Of a stretch of 64,000 nt of DNA, positions 27,174 through 36,515 are shown in pieces. The DNA is from an uncultured virus (IMG/VR IMGVR_UViG_3300009155_000050) (Duplodnaviria; Heunggongvirae; Uroviricota; Caudoviricetes). The translations under genes and the position numbers were made by a program. Location: the IMG/VR virus record IMGVR_UViG_3300009155_000050, positions 1 to 64,000 of that record; one strand, 5' to 3'. How positions within the stretch are numbered: the stretch's first letter is position 1; every line of letters begins with the position of its first letter. The notes under the pieces were generated by a model, which worked only from the letters and a program-made list of their open reading frames with translations, was not told the origin of the DNA and searched no databases.

Positions 27174-27659
27174 CTATTCCTTACCGAATACTTGGCAGAG
27201 ATACCAGACCCCGTTTGCGCCAAGGCCAGTACCTATTGTCGTCCAGTCAGGGTCTAATATATTTTGCCTATGTGATGGTGACGGCATCCATGAGTTACGC
27301 ACCACTTCAGTTGGCACGTAACCGTACGCAATATTCTCACCAACCATATGTGTATAACCGTGGCTGGCGGCTCTGGTGCCCGGGTTCCCACCAAGAAGGT
27401 AATGGCTCATGCGTCGCACTCTGGCCATGTTATTAGCGTGCATCCTCGCTGCTGCGCAGAGACGTAGGTCAAATCGGACTGGCTTGAGACCATGTTCACG
27501 TCTTACCTCGTTTGTGTCTCTCATAATGCGAATTTCATCTCTTGTGGGTAAGACATCCTTGTTCCTTATAGCTGAATATAGATCGCTGCCTATGATCGCT
27601 AAACACATGAATACAACCATCGATTCCTCCTGTAGGTTTGGAAAAAATCTCAAATACAT
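27174..27659 (-). CDS. CAP (SCP/PR-1) domain protein
   Basis: N..R..HGL, AARMHANNMA, MSH, GENIA, WMPSPSHRQNIL, IGTG, QVFG. Confidence 0.88.
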   Translation of the reverse strand: MYLRFFPNLQEESMVVFMCLAIIGSDLYSAIRNKDVLPTRDEIRIMRDTNEVRREHGLKPVRFDLRLCAAARMHANNMARVRRMSHYLLGGNPGTRAASHGYTHMVGENIAYGYVPTEVVRNSWMPSPSHRQNILDPDWTTIGTGLGANGVWYLCQVFGKE

Positions 27660-27678
27660 ACGTTAAGTGGGGTGCTAT

Positions 27679-28401
27679 ATGTTAAACTTAAAAAATGTGA
27701 CCTTGTTTTTGGCTGACGGCCGTAGCGATGAATTATCCTACCGGCAGTCAGCGTTCGCCATCGAGCAGTGTACTTCTAAGGCCGACTTCGCCAAGATCGA
27801 ATTTTTGTCAGGTTACCAACATGGTGACGGCAGATTCGGCTACCGTAAGATGGATCCATTCGACATTCACGAATACAGCTACCTATTAAGCAAAAAGTTA
27901 CACCAGTACGTTGATACTGATTATGCTTTAGTGATTCAGCATGACGGGTTTATATTGAATACGCAAAATTGGGATGATAGATTCTGGAATTACGATTATA
28001 TCGGTGCTCCGTGGAGCGTCGACTCGACGCAACGTCCTGAATGCAGGGTTGGCAATGGTGGGTTTAGCTTGCGTAGTAGAAAATTGATTGACGCCTGTAA
28101 CGTGGTATACAACGGCCGCAAGGTCGCAGATGCCGTGGAGCCTTCTGTTAAAAGGATCAGCCATCATCAATCGGAGCCAGAAGCGCACGTCTACGGCAAT
28201 GAAGACTGGCATATTTGTCTGATAGACAAGCCTATCTTTTTGAAACACGGGATAAAATTTGCGCCGCTTGAGATCGCTGCTAAATTTTCGATGGAGGCGC
28301 ATTTACCTGATTGTGATAACGAGATTAGAAACAAGTTTGGCTTTCACGGTGCGCGACATTTTGATGCTTTAAAATCAATCTACGGATTAGTTCTTTCTTA
28401 A
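27679..28401 (+). CDS. DUF5672-like glycosyltransferase-related protein
   Basis: LVIQHDG, YDYIGAPW, VGNGGFSLRSRKL, NED, FGFH. Confidence 0.8.
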   Translation: MLNLKNVTLFLADGRSDELSYRQSAFAIEQCTSKADFAKIEFLSGYQHGDGRFGYRKMDPFDIHEYSYLLSKKLHQYVDTDYALVIQHDGFILNTQNWDDRFWNYDYIGAPWSVDSTQRPECRVGNGGFSLRSRKLIDACNVVYNGRKVADAVEPSVKRISHHQSEPEAHVYGNEDWHICLIDKPIFLKHGIKFAPLEIAAKFSMEAHLPDCDNEIRNKFGFHGARHFDALKSIYGLVLS

Positions 28402-28410
28402 GACACCGTA

Positions 28411-28677
28411 TTGGAAGAGCAACTTGATGCTAGGAAGGCTACTATAATGCAAGTGGTGAATGATGCGATTATGCTCTACAGAGATGAAGGTGACTATCTG
28501 TGGGGCTTAGCAAGCGAATGTGGACTGGATTACACCGGTACTCGCTACAGTCACGTAATGGAAGCGATCGAGGCTGCTCGGACTGCTTTCCCGGGTTTGC
28601 CATTCATGAGCACCGGCATTAATAGAGCGACGATTGTCAAGTGCGGTATTGAATTGTTAGAATTCATTTACCTTTAA
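28411..28677 (+). CDS. hypothetical protein
   Basis: ORF. Confidence 0.5.
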   Translation: MEEQLDARKATIMQVVNDAIMLYRDEGDYLWGLASECGLDYTGTRYSHVMEAIEAARTAFPGLPFMSTGINRATIVKCGIELLEFIYL

Positions 28678-28703
28678 ACCCCTGTTAGTAGAAAGGTGGA
28701 TTT

Positions 28704-28886
28704 ATGAAAAAGAGTTACGAGATACGAGACTACGGCAATCGCATCATTGATAAAGGTAGCAAAGAGCATTGTGTAAAGGTTGGTGAGAAGTATGGTAAAA
28801 ACGAGATAGTAGGTTACGATACCACAGGCAAAGCTATAATGCTCTACACCATTACCCCCATCAGCTACGAACGGGAATTAGTGTGA
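28704..28886 (+). CDS. hypothetical protein
   Basis: AAGGTGG RBS. Confidence 0.5.
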   Translation: MKKSYEIRDYGNRIIDKGSKEHCVKVGEKYGKNEIVGYDTTGKAIMLYTITPISYERELV

Positions 28887-29131
28887 TGCCACGTTATAAC
28901 CTGCGTTGGAGGACCAAAGACGGTCACACTCTAGCTCTTGGAGAGATAGGGGACGATCATCTTGCTAACATCATTGCTAAATTAAAAAGAGACGGCGATG
29001 ATGAGATACACTATGGATGCAGCGGGCCTAGTGCAGATGATATGTATTATGACAGCGATCCAAATCCGATGTATCTAGCACTTGTCAGGGAATACAGGAG
29101 ACGTAAGTTGCCCATACTCAAGGATCAATAA
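28883..29131 (+). CDS. hypothetical phage protein
   Basis: WRTKDG...DDHLANII motif; coupled ORF. Confidence 0.6.
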   Translation: MMPRYNLRWRTKDGHTLALGEIGDDHLANIIAKLKRDGDDEIHYGCSGPSADDMYYDSDPNPMYLALVREYRRRKLPILKDQ

Positions 29132-29157
29132 TACTGCCACATGTAGTTGGGTTCAGA

Positions 29158-29430
29158 GTGGAATATAGGGGGAGTATCATGGCTGAGATATTGAGTTCGA
29201 ACATGGCTAAAGAAAAAGAAATAAAAGTCAAGGTGTCGGTTGACGACATAGTCGAGTCACTCTGGACCAAGGTTGATAAGCCGATTTTCGATAAATCCTT
29301 GTGCCATCATTTATTCGGACGCTATTATCGCATTAACGTCTTCAAATCCAACACCTACGGTAGCACGATGGTAGGTAGTTATTTCGCTAGCGTTAATGAC
29401 AACCAAGTTGATATGATTCACGCCGATTAA
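29158..29430 (+). CDS. hypothetical protein
   Basis: ORF followed by a terminator at 29438-29470. Confidence 0.55.
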   Translation: MEYRGSIMAEILSSNMAKEKEIKVKVSVDDIVESLWTKVDKPIFDKSLCHHLFGRYYRINVFKSNTYGSTMVGSYFASVNDNQVDMIHAD

Positions 29431-29437
29431 ATGACGT

Positions 29438-29470
29438 CGCCCAGGGTGTATAATCCTGGGCGTTTTTGTT
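29438..29470 (+). terminator. intrinsic terminator
   Basis: CGCCCAGG..CCTGGGCG followed by TTTTTGTTT. Confidence 0.75.
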
Positions 29471-29494
29471 TATACACGTCATAGAGAGGAAGCT

Positions 29495-29878
29495 ATGCGC
29501 GAGATTCCTATGAACTGCCAAAGAGCGCCACAATTTGACGCTGTAATAGGTAATATCAATTACTTTGGTTTTGATTTTATCTTCCCTGACGGTGAACTCG
29601 CCAGCTGCAACAAGCTATGCAGTTTAGGAGTGAAGGTGTTCTTTGGCAGCACTATACCAGAATATGCTAGTCTGAGACTTTATTTGAGCGATGCCTCTCG
29701 GAGACCGTCAGTAGAAGGCGTCAGAATGCGTAGGTTTAAAAAGGTGTATGACAATGGGGTCATCCATCTCCAATTGATAGATGGCAGCAGAACAACAATG
29801 TCGTTCGAACCAGGCGATAGATTATACGATTGGCTCGGAGCTGAGGGGCCTTGCTTCTTCGGTGCAAGAGTCCTATAA
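29495..29878 (+). CDS. hypothetical protein
   Basis: GAGGA RBS. Confidence 0.55.
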   Translation: MREIPMNCQRAPQFDAVIGNINYFGFDFIFPDGELASCNKLCSLGVKVFFGSTIPEYASLRLYLSDASRRPSVEGVRMRRFKKVYDNGVIHLQLIDGSRTTMSFEPGDRLYDWLGAEGPCFFGARVL

Positions 29879-30442
29879 TTCAGATAAAAATTCACCTAGA
29901 TCCTTAACATAATATAAGAATTCCTTAAGCAGTGCTAAATTCGCTTTCATTAACTGTCTAACTCTGTTTTTGGTAATCCCATACGCCTTACCGATTTCTT
30001 CAGTCGTCATTCCATTCACGTAGTGATCTATTATCATTTGACGTTGGGCTTTTGGCTGGTCAAACAGCAAGACTTCTACAACGTGCTCTATTCCACCGTT
30101 TGTTTTAAGGAAGTTGTGCCATGCGGTGTTTAAAGTGTTCATTTGTGTAGCCTCCAGTTTATCAACTAGATCCTTGCCCCTAAGTCTCAGGGCTACGTTC
30201 TGATTTTCCTTAAGAATAAATTGATAGATTATACGATATAAGCTGATAAAAAAATAATAGCGCCAATGAGTCTCGTATACTTTGCACTTGTGGTAGCAAG
30301 TCCATGCAAAGCCCCAAAAGTCGCATGGCCTATACGATACCTTAAGGGCTTTATTTATGTAATGTACCAACTTTACTAAGATCGATTCAATATAGTTGCA
30401 TTCTACTGAAGGAATGTCAGGAGAGCTAAATCTATTTCCCAT
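29873..30442 (-). CDS. small sigma70-family (ECF-sized) factor or sigma region-4 HTH protein
   Basis: C-terminal IIDHYVNGMTTEEIGKAYGITKNRVRQLMKANL matches sigma region 4.2. Confidence 0.65.
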   Translation of the reverse strand: MGNRFSSPDIPSVECNYIESILVKLVHYINKALKVSYRPCDFWGFAWTCYHKCKVYETHWRYYFFISLYRIIYQFILKENQNVALRLRGKDLVDKLEATQMNTLNTAWHNFLKTNGGIEHVVEVLLFDQPKAQRQMIIDHYVNGMTTEEIGKAYGITKNRVRQLMKANLALLKEFLYYVKDLGEFLSEL

Positions 30443-30492
30443 CCTTTAATTTTGGGTAATTATATAGTACAGAGAATACTAAAGGTGTCGCA

Positions 30493-31197
30493 ATGAGTGC
30501 TTTAAACCAATATCTGGCTCAACTAGATGAGCCTATAGCATTTAACGTGAGGGATGACTCTAAGCTAGACCATTCATTAAACTATACACCAGCCAGATTT
30601 ATCGAATACATGGATGCGGTCCGAACCGGAGCGACTTATTATTACGGCGAAACTGACGCATGGCTCTATCAAGCACTAAGGCAGTACCCTATAGTTGGCA
30701 TGGATGTTCTACTAATAGGTTCAGCTAACCCATGGTATGAGGCTATCTGCCTTGTATTTGGAGCAGCTACTGTCACCGTCTCAGAATATGGCGATCGGCC
30801 ATTTGTCAATGAGGCCATTAAGTATGTGAAGCCCGAAAGCCTAAACCGACGCTTCGACGCTTGCCTTAATATCTCTTCCGTGGAACATGATGGCCTTGGA
30901 AGATATGGCGATCCTATTGATGCTAACGGCGATTTAAAGACTATGACAAAATTGGTAGACCTAGTTAGGCCCAATGGTTTGCATTTTTTAGCTGTTCCAG
31001 TCGGTAGGGATCTTACAGTTTTCAACGTGCACCGCATCTACGGAAAAAGGCTGATAAAATTATGTGAACGGTGGAATATTCTGGATCAATTCGGCCTTAC
31101 GGCGAATTGGTGGGAGCAGACGATAAATACGGTGGAGATGACGCCATATCAACCTGTGCTGGTACTGATGAACGGTAAACACCATGAAAGAATTTAG
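30493..31197 (+). CDS. DUF268-like SAM-dependent methyltransferase
   Basis: IGS..PWYE, SSVEHDGLGRYGDPID..GD, FNVHRIYG. Confidence 0.8.
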   Translation: MSALNQYLAQLDEPIAFNVRDDSKLDHSLNYTPARFIEYMDAVRTGATYYYGETDAWLYQALRQYPIVGMDVLLIGSANPWYEAICLVFGAATVTVSEYGDRPFVNEAIKYVKPESLNRRFDACLNISSVEHDGLGRYGDPIDANGDLKTMTKLVDLVRPNGLHFLAVPVGRDLTVFNVHRIYGKRLIKLCERWNILDQFGLTANWWEQTINTVEMTPYQPVLVLMNGKHHERI

Positions 31198-31954
31198 GTC
31201 AGATTTGACCCATTTGCATACCAAGATGCTAAATGGTGAAAACTTTGCATTCACGCGCTACTCCGATGGCGAAATGTTTATCATGCAAGGAAAGCGTTTA
31301 AGGCTTAGCGCAGATGAGTCGATAGTTGGCGATCAGAGGTATCATGCTGCCTGGGCTCCAGAGGATCACAAAGACGTAGATCCGGTGGCTCACCGACAGA
31401 TAGTCGACAAGTTGATAGCTTCATTTAAGTACGATGCGCCAGAGTACTATAAAGGTATATCATGCAAATGTTGCGTGGGCCACGAGAACAGGATGTTCTT
31501 CGATACCTTGTGTGCAGAGACTAAATATTGGACTTGGGCTAATCTTCTTGTAAATGGCAATTATCCGTATTTTTTAGACCACATATTGCCGTTGATCCTT
31601 GCACATCCCACGTTAGTTTTAATAGCTAACGGCAGCGCCAATCTGCATCCTACAGTTAAGCCTGTGAAATGGTTTAAAGTAGGCACTAACTGTATAGTGA
31701 ATGATCAGCCACTTATTGAGGAAATGACCCAATGGGTGCAGGAGTCTCAAATAACGAATCATCTTTTCATCTTCTCAGCGTCTAGCTTGACTCAAATGCT
31801 CATTCATAGACTACATCAAGTTAATCCACAGAACACTTACATTAATGTTGGCACTACGATGAATCATCTACTTGGACTTACATGCAATAGGGGCTACCTC
31901 CATATACATAAAGGTGAAACGCACGATGATATGAGGAAGCTATGCATATGGTAA
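31184..31954 (+). CDS. GT-D/DUF1792-like glycosyltransferase-related protein
   Basis: FTRYSDGE N-terminal motif and INVG C-terminal motif; cluster context. Confidence 0.5.
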   Translation: MKEFRSDLTHLHTKMLNGENFAFTRYSDGEMFIMQGKRLRLSADESIVGDQRYHAAWAPEDHKDVDPVAHRQIVDKLIASFKYDAPEYYKGISCKCCVGHENRMFFDTLCAETKYWTWANLLVNGNYPYFLDHILPLILAHPTLVLIANGSANLHPTVKPVKWFKVGTNCIVNDQPLIEEMTQWVQESQITNHLFIFSASSLTQMLIHRLHQVNPQNTYINVGTTMNHLLGLTCNRGYLHIHKGETHDDMRKLCIW

Positions 31955-32352
31955 AGTATAAACTGGTGAATTGCTCTCTTGATTATTGGGGTTTCGTCCG
32001 AAGCTTAAGGAACGATCCACGCAATGCCCAAGGGTTTATACAGCAAGTCCAAATTACTCCAGACCAGCAGACAGCATATATGATGGATCATCATCAAGAT
32101 TACAAGATTTGTGTCACAGATGCTGATGAGCCTGTTGGTTTCGTGGGGGACATAGATGGCGACCTGAGGGTTTGCGTTGTGCACGAGCACAAGAACAAAG
32201 GCATAGCGTCGTTCATGATCAACGAATACCTAAAAAATCGCAAAGGACTTTACGCAAAGGTGAAGGTTGATAACGAGGCTAGTCTTCAGCTGTTCCTAAA
32301 GGCTGGCTTTAAACAGAAGTATTACATCCTGGAACGTGATGATGCCCGCTAA
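31942..32352 (+). CDS. GNAT acetyltransferase (PseH-like)
   Basis: LRNDP, HKNKGIA, NEASLQLFLKAGF. Confidence 0.8.
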   Translation: MHMVKYKLVNCSLDYWGFVRSLRNDPRNAQGFIQQVQITPDQQTAYMMDHHQDYKICVTDADEPVGFVGDIDGDLRVCVVHEHKNKGIASFMINEYLKNRKGLYAKVKVDNEASLQLFLKAGFKQKYYILERDDAR

Positions 32353-32980
32353 TCTATCGAAGCATAACCCTTTTAAAATCGTTGAGATGTTTGAAGATGA
32401 AGTGGCACATTATACCGGAGCACCTTATGCAGTCTCCGTAGATTCATGTACAAATGCGATATTCCTTTGCTGCAAGTACTTGAATGTGCAAACTGTCACC
32501 ATTCCAGCAAAGACTTACCTCAGCGTGCCGATGTCGATAATCCACGCCGGTGGTGAAGTAGTCTTTGATAAGAGTGGGAGCGTAAACCACTGGACTGGCC
32601 AATACCAGCTTAAACCGTATCCTATCCACGACAGTGCTAAACGTTTCACCTCGAAAATGTATAATGCAGGCCAGTTTTACTGCTTGAGTTTTCATATTAA
32701 GAAGCAGTTGAATATTGGCAAAGGCGGCATGATATTGACTGATAATATAGATGCCGTTAATTGGCTTAAAAAAGCGCGTTATGAAGGACGGTCCGAGAAA
32801 TTCTACAAGGAAGATGATATCACGTTCTGTGGCTGGAACATGTACATGGCGCCTTCTGTCGCAGCCCGGGGCTTAGAGCTGATGCACAATTATCCCGAGC
32901 ATGTTCCTGATAGCCAAGAGATCAATGGCTATCGAGATTTAACTGAGTTCAGTGTTTTTAAAAATATGAGGACCATATGA
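32336..32980 (+). CDS. DegT/DnrJ/EryC1/StrS PLP aminotransferase (short form)
   Basis: FEDEVA...AVSVDSCTNA, DSA, LSFHIKK...GKGGMILTD. Confidence 0.85.
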   Translation: MMMPANLSKHNPFKIVEMFEDEVAHYTGAPYAVSVDSCTNAIFLCCKYLNVQTVTIPAKTYLSVPMSIIHAGGEVVFDKSGSVNHWTGQYQLKPYPIHDSAKRFTSKMYNAGQFYCLSFHIKKQLNIGKGGMILTDNIDAVNWLKKARYEGRSEKFYKEDDITFCGWNMYMAPSVAARGLELMHNYPEHVPDSQEINGYRDLTEFSVFKNMRTI

Positions 32981-33834
32981 TAACGTTTTCTAGAATCGGC
33001 ACTATGGGTCGATTTGGTAACCAGTTGTTCCAGTACGCTGCACTCAAAAGCTTAGCCCTGACGAATAACTACGAAATGTGTTTACCGCCCACCGACACCA
33101 AAATATGGCACAATCAAGAATGCCTACTGAAGCATCTAAACATCCCAGAAGAATTTAAAGAAGTCAAAACCGGTTGCACCGTAGAAGAAGCTAGCACATA
33201 TACTGACGGATTTTTTCAAACACCTGACAATGTCGATATCGCTGGATATTTTCAAGATGTACGCTACTTCGAACAGCATCTGCCTCAGATAAGGAAGTGT
33301 GTAGGCCTTAACGCTAACTCTAACACGTTCGCCAGCGCACATCATAAGTTTGAAGCAATAGCGCCGTCACGCAAGCACAGTAAAGTCGTTAGCCTGCATT
33401 TACGCCTGGGCGATAACATATTCATGAGCCCACAGAAAGATACGTGCGAAGCTGTGATGATGGGCGATCCATTGAAAAATTATCTAGACAGAGCCTTCGA
33501 ATACTTCGGTAATGCCGATTATTTCGTCTTCGCTGGCGGGTCAAGAGATGTTAAGGAAGGCCAACATGACCGTGATTTAACTGCAGCAAAACAGATCCTA
33601 GCAGAATATCGTTATAATTTCATCTTTTCCAGCGGAAATAACACACTTGAAGATTTTAAACTAATGGAATTGTGTGATGGCAGCATCTTATCGCCATTCA
33701 CCACTTTTGGTCTATGGGTTGGTTATTTAGCCAAACCCGTAAAATCAATTGTAGCGCCAAAAGATTACTTCATGGGTACTGAGCCAGATTTATTGCATCG
33801 TAGGCTTTATTTAGATAATTGGATCAAAATGTGA
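32977..33834 (+). CDS. GT11 alpha-1,2-fucosyltransferase-like
   Basis: GRFGNQLFQYA, GYFQ, LHLRLGD, DF.LM..C, TFGLW. Confidence 0.88.
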   Translation: MITFSRIGTMGRFGNQLFQYAALKSLALTNNYEMCLPPTDTKIWHNQECLLKHLNIPEEFKEVKTGCTVEEASTYTDGFFQTPDNVDIAGYFQDVRYFEQHLPQIRKCVGLNANSNTFASAHHKFEAIAPSRKHSKVVSLHLRLGDNIFMSPQKDTCEAVMMGDPLKNYLDRAFEYFGNADYFVFAGGSRDVKEGQHDRDLTAAKQILAEYRYNFIFSSGNNTLEDFKLMELCDGSILSPFTTFGLWVGYLAKPVKSIVAPKDYFMGTEPDLLHRRLYLDNWIKM

Positions 33835-34427
33835 TAATAGTAAATCTAGGCGGCTACGGCGGCTGCATGTTAACCACTGTAATTAGGAAGTTTAACCAAC
33901 CAGCGTACCCGTTTGACTGGAATATCACTTCTCAATCCTTCGTCACCAAATGTATTGCGTCTGGCGGCAAGCATTTCTTCGATTTTAATATGCGTTACCT
34001 GCGTGACGGGTTTCTATTGTCTCCAGACAATGATGCCTTCTTGTTCCATGAATATGCACGCGTTGAACCATGGTGGGTAGAGAACGACGAGGTCAGAACC
34101 ACGTATCAGAGAAGATTACACCGTTTGCTCAGCGTATTCTACAGCACAGATGAAATATTGTTCTGTAGACACGCTATAGACGAAGATCCATATAACGATT
34201 ATGCCAAATCAAGCTGGTCAGTTTTACCATTTGTTGTAACATACGATCGAGTGAAATTATGGGAATATTTCATACACAGTCGGCCTAATAGTAAGCTATT
34301 ACTATTAACTAACAATCCGCAGATGGCGAGCAGACACCAAGATGTATATATTGAACACATAACAGATGTGCGTGGCGATCGCTGGACCGACCAGGTCCAT
34401 TCGGCCATACAGCGTCTTGTGAGCTAG
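33819..34427 (+). CDS. DUF1796-like putative papain-like protein
   Basis: NLG..GC, AYPFDW, FLFH, YQRRLHRL. Confidence 0.6.
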   Translation: MDQNVIIVNLGGYGGCMLTTVIRKFNQPAYPFDWNITSQSFVTKCIASGGKHFFDFNMRYLRDGFLLSPDNDAFLFHEYARVEPWWVENDEVRTTYQRRLHRLLSVFYSTDEILFCRHAIDEDPYNDYAKSSWSVLPFVVTYDRVKLWEYFIHSRPNSKLLLLTNNPQMASRHQDVYIEHITDVRGDRWTDQVHSAIQRLVS

Positions 34428-35509
34428 TGAGGCTGGCTATGAAGATCGGCATCATAGGTGTTGGGAAATTAGGCTTATGTCTTGCCCTTAATCTTGACAA
34501 AGCGGGCCACCAAATCTATGCATGTGACACAGATGCTAAATTGGTCGAGGCGATCAGGACCAAAGCACTACACACTGCGGAGCCAATGGTAGAGAGTTAC
34601 CTTGCCGATTCAAGGTTGATCATCGGAGATGACCTCTCTCACATCGCAGAGGCAGATGTCATCTTCATAGTCCTGCCCACACCCAGCTTGCCTGATGGGT
34701 CTTACGATCACACTTTGATCACGCAGGCGCTGCATGATATCCGAGCCTTAGGGCTACGTGATAAAGTAATAGCCATTAATTCTACTGTTATGCCAGGCTA
34801 TTGCGCTACTGTGCTAAATCTAGTGGATCATAACCATCTCATTTATAACCCTGAATTCATCGCTCAGGGGTCGATCATTCGAGACCAGCAGAACCAAGAC
34901 GTGGTGTTGATCGGGGGCACCGACACAAGGTCGATGTCCATAATTGCAGAATTACATCGCAGCATTTGTCTCAATAAGCCGTCCGTAAAGATGATGTCGT
35001 TTGCCGAGGCTGAAATTACCAAATTAGCAACCAATGTTTTCCTGACGATGAAGATAGCGTATGCTAATAAAGTAGGCGATATGGTATCTAGATATAAAGG
35101 CAACTCTGATGTGGTACTAAATGCTATAGGCGACGACAGAAGAATAAATCACCATTGTCTTAAGTACGGATTTGGCTATGGTGGACCGTGCTTACCTCGC
35201 GACAATAAAGCTTATATTAAAGCTTCTGAGGATGTGAAAATCTCGGCTGAACTAAACGTAGCCATAGATCAAGCAAACGACTCGCACTTGATGTTTATGG
35301 TTGACGAGGCTAAGGACCAAACGTCCATTGTGATGGACCGTGTGACCTTTAAAGATGAATCAACTATATTAGATAATTCGCAGCGTCTCGCTTTTGCTAA
35401 CGCAATCGCCGCTAAGGGCACGAAGGTCACTATAGTAGAACGTCAGCAGGTCATAGATCAATTGAGAAAGATGTATGGCTGGAAGTTTGAATACGCTTTA
35501 GAGGAATAA
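34427..35509 (+). CDS. UDP-glucose/GDP-mannose dehydrogenase family
   Basis: GVGKLG Rossmann, PTP, STVMPG, NPEF, AEITKL..N, GYGGPCLPRD. Confidence 0.92.
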   Translation: MRLAMKIGIIGVGKLGLCLALNLDKAGHQIYACDTDAKLVEAIRTKALHTAEPMVESYLADSRLIIGDDLSHIAEADVIFIVLPTPSLPDGSYDHTLITQALHDIRALGLRDKVIAINSTVMPGYCATVLNLVDHNHLIYNPEFIAQGSIIRDQQNQDVVLIGGTDTRSMSIIAELHRSICLNKPSVKMMSFAEAEITKLATNVFLTMKIAYANKVGDMVSRYKGNSDVVLNAIGDDRRINHHCLKYGFGYGGPCLPRDNKAYIKASEDVKISAELNVAIDQANDSHLMFMVDEAKDQTSIVMDRVTFKDESTILDNSQRLAFANAIAAKGTKVTIVERQQVIDQLRKMYGWKFEYALEE

Positions 35510-35510
35510 C

Positions 35511-36515
35511 ATGCCGATTTTACTATGCTACGGCACCAGACCTGAATATATTAAGCTTAAACCGATCATCAAGGAATGCAAAGCCCGTAGCATTTCCTAC
35601 AGGACATTATATATTGGCCAACACTATAATCTAGAGGTGACCGAACCAGCTGACCACGTGCTTTCAGTATCGTATGCTGATAACAGACTTGATGCAATAG
35701 TTAGCTCAATTGGAGCTATGACTGACCAGATCTTCAACGGTATTAGCCATGTGATTGTGCAGGGCGATACGGCTACTGCATTAACTTGCGCTCTGGCTGC
35801 GTTTCATCGCAACAAGATCCTTTTGCATCTAGAAGCTGGGCTTAGAACGTACGATCTGAAGCGTCCATATCCGGAAGAAGCATATAGGCAGATGATCAGT
35901 CGAATAGCTACGATCAATCTTTGTCCTACGCAACGGGCTGCCACCAACCTACGTAATGAGAAGATTTACGCTCTAGCACCAGTGATCGGTAATACGGCAC
36001 TCGATAATCTTAGGGATCTTAGCGTCACTTATGGTGATGAAGTGCTAATTACCATGCATCGTCGTGAGAACTTGCAGCATATAGAAGCATGGTTTAAGGC
36101 TTTCGAAAATCTAGCCTTAGCTTACCCGGAGCTTAAATTCATATTACCAGCGCATCATAACCCTAGTGTAACCAAGCACGTGAGCATCTTAAGAAAAGTG
36201 CACGCTGTGGACCCTTTGCCTCATGACGACTGCCTTGCTTTGCTGGCGAGATGCAAGCTGGTGATTACCGACTCTGGTGGGATACAGGAGGAGGCTTCAT
36301 TTCTCAAGAAGACAGCGATTGTATGTCGTGCGAGTACGGAACGCGTAGAGGGTATCGATACTCATGCATTCTTGTGTCCTAGTCCACGCCAATTACATGA
36401 ATTATTTTCAGCTAAATTACAGTATCGCGTTGTGTTACCGTCACCTTACGGTGATGGTTTCGCAGCCGGTAAACTGTTAGATCTTCTTTATAATGAGGAA
36501 CAAGATCGAATCTAA
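35511..36515 (+). CDS. wecB: UDP-N-acetylglucosamine 2-epimerase (non-hydrolysing)
   Basis: GTRPEYIKL, GQH, QGDT, HLEAGLR, PEE, HRREN, TDSGGIQEEA, TER, PYGDG. Confidence 0.92.
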   Translation: MPILLCYGTRPEYIKLKPIIKECKARSISYRTLYIGQHYNLEVTEPADHVLSVSYADNRLDAIVSSIGAMTDQIFNGISHVIVQGDTATALTCALAAFHRNKILLHLEAGLRTYDLKRPYPEEAYRQMISRIATINLCPTQRAATNLRNEKIYALAPVIGNTALDNLRDLSVTYGDEVLITMHRRENLQHIEAWFKAFENLALAYPELKFILPAHHNPSVTKHVSILRKVHAVDPLPHDDCLALLARCKLVITDSGGIQEEASFLKKTAIVCRASTERVEGIDTHAFLCPSPRQLHELFSAKLQYRVVLPSPYGDGFAAGKLLDLLYNEEQDRI

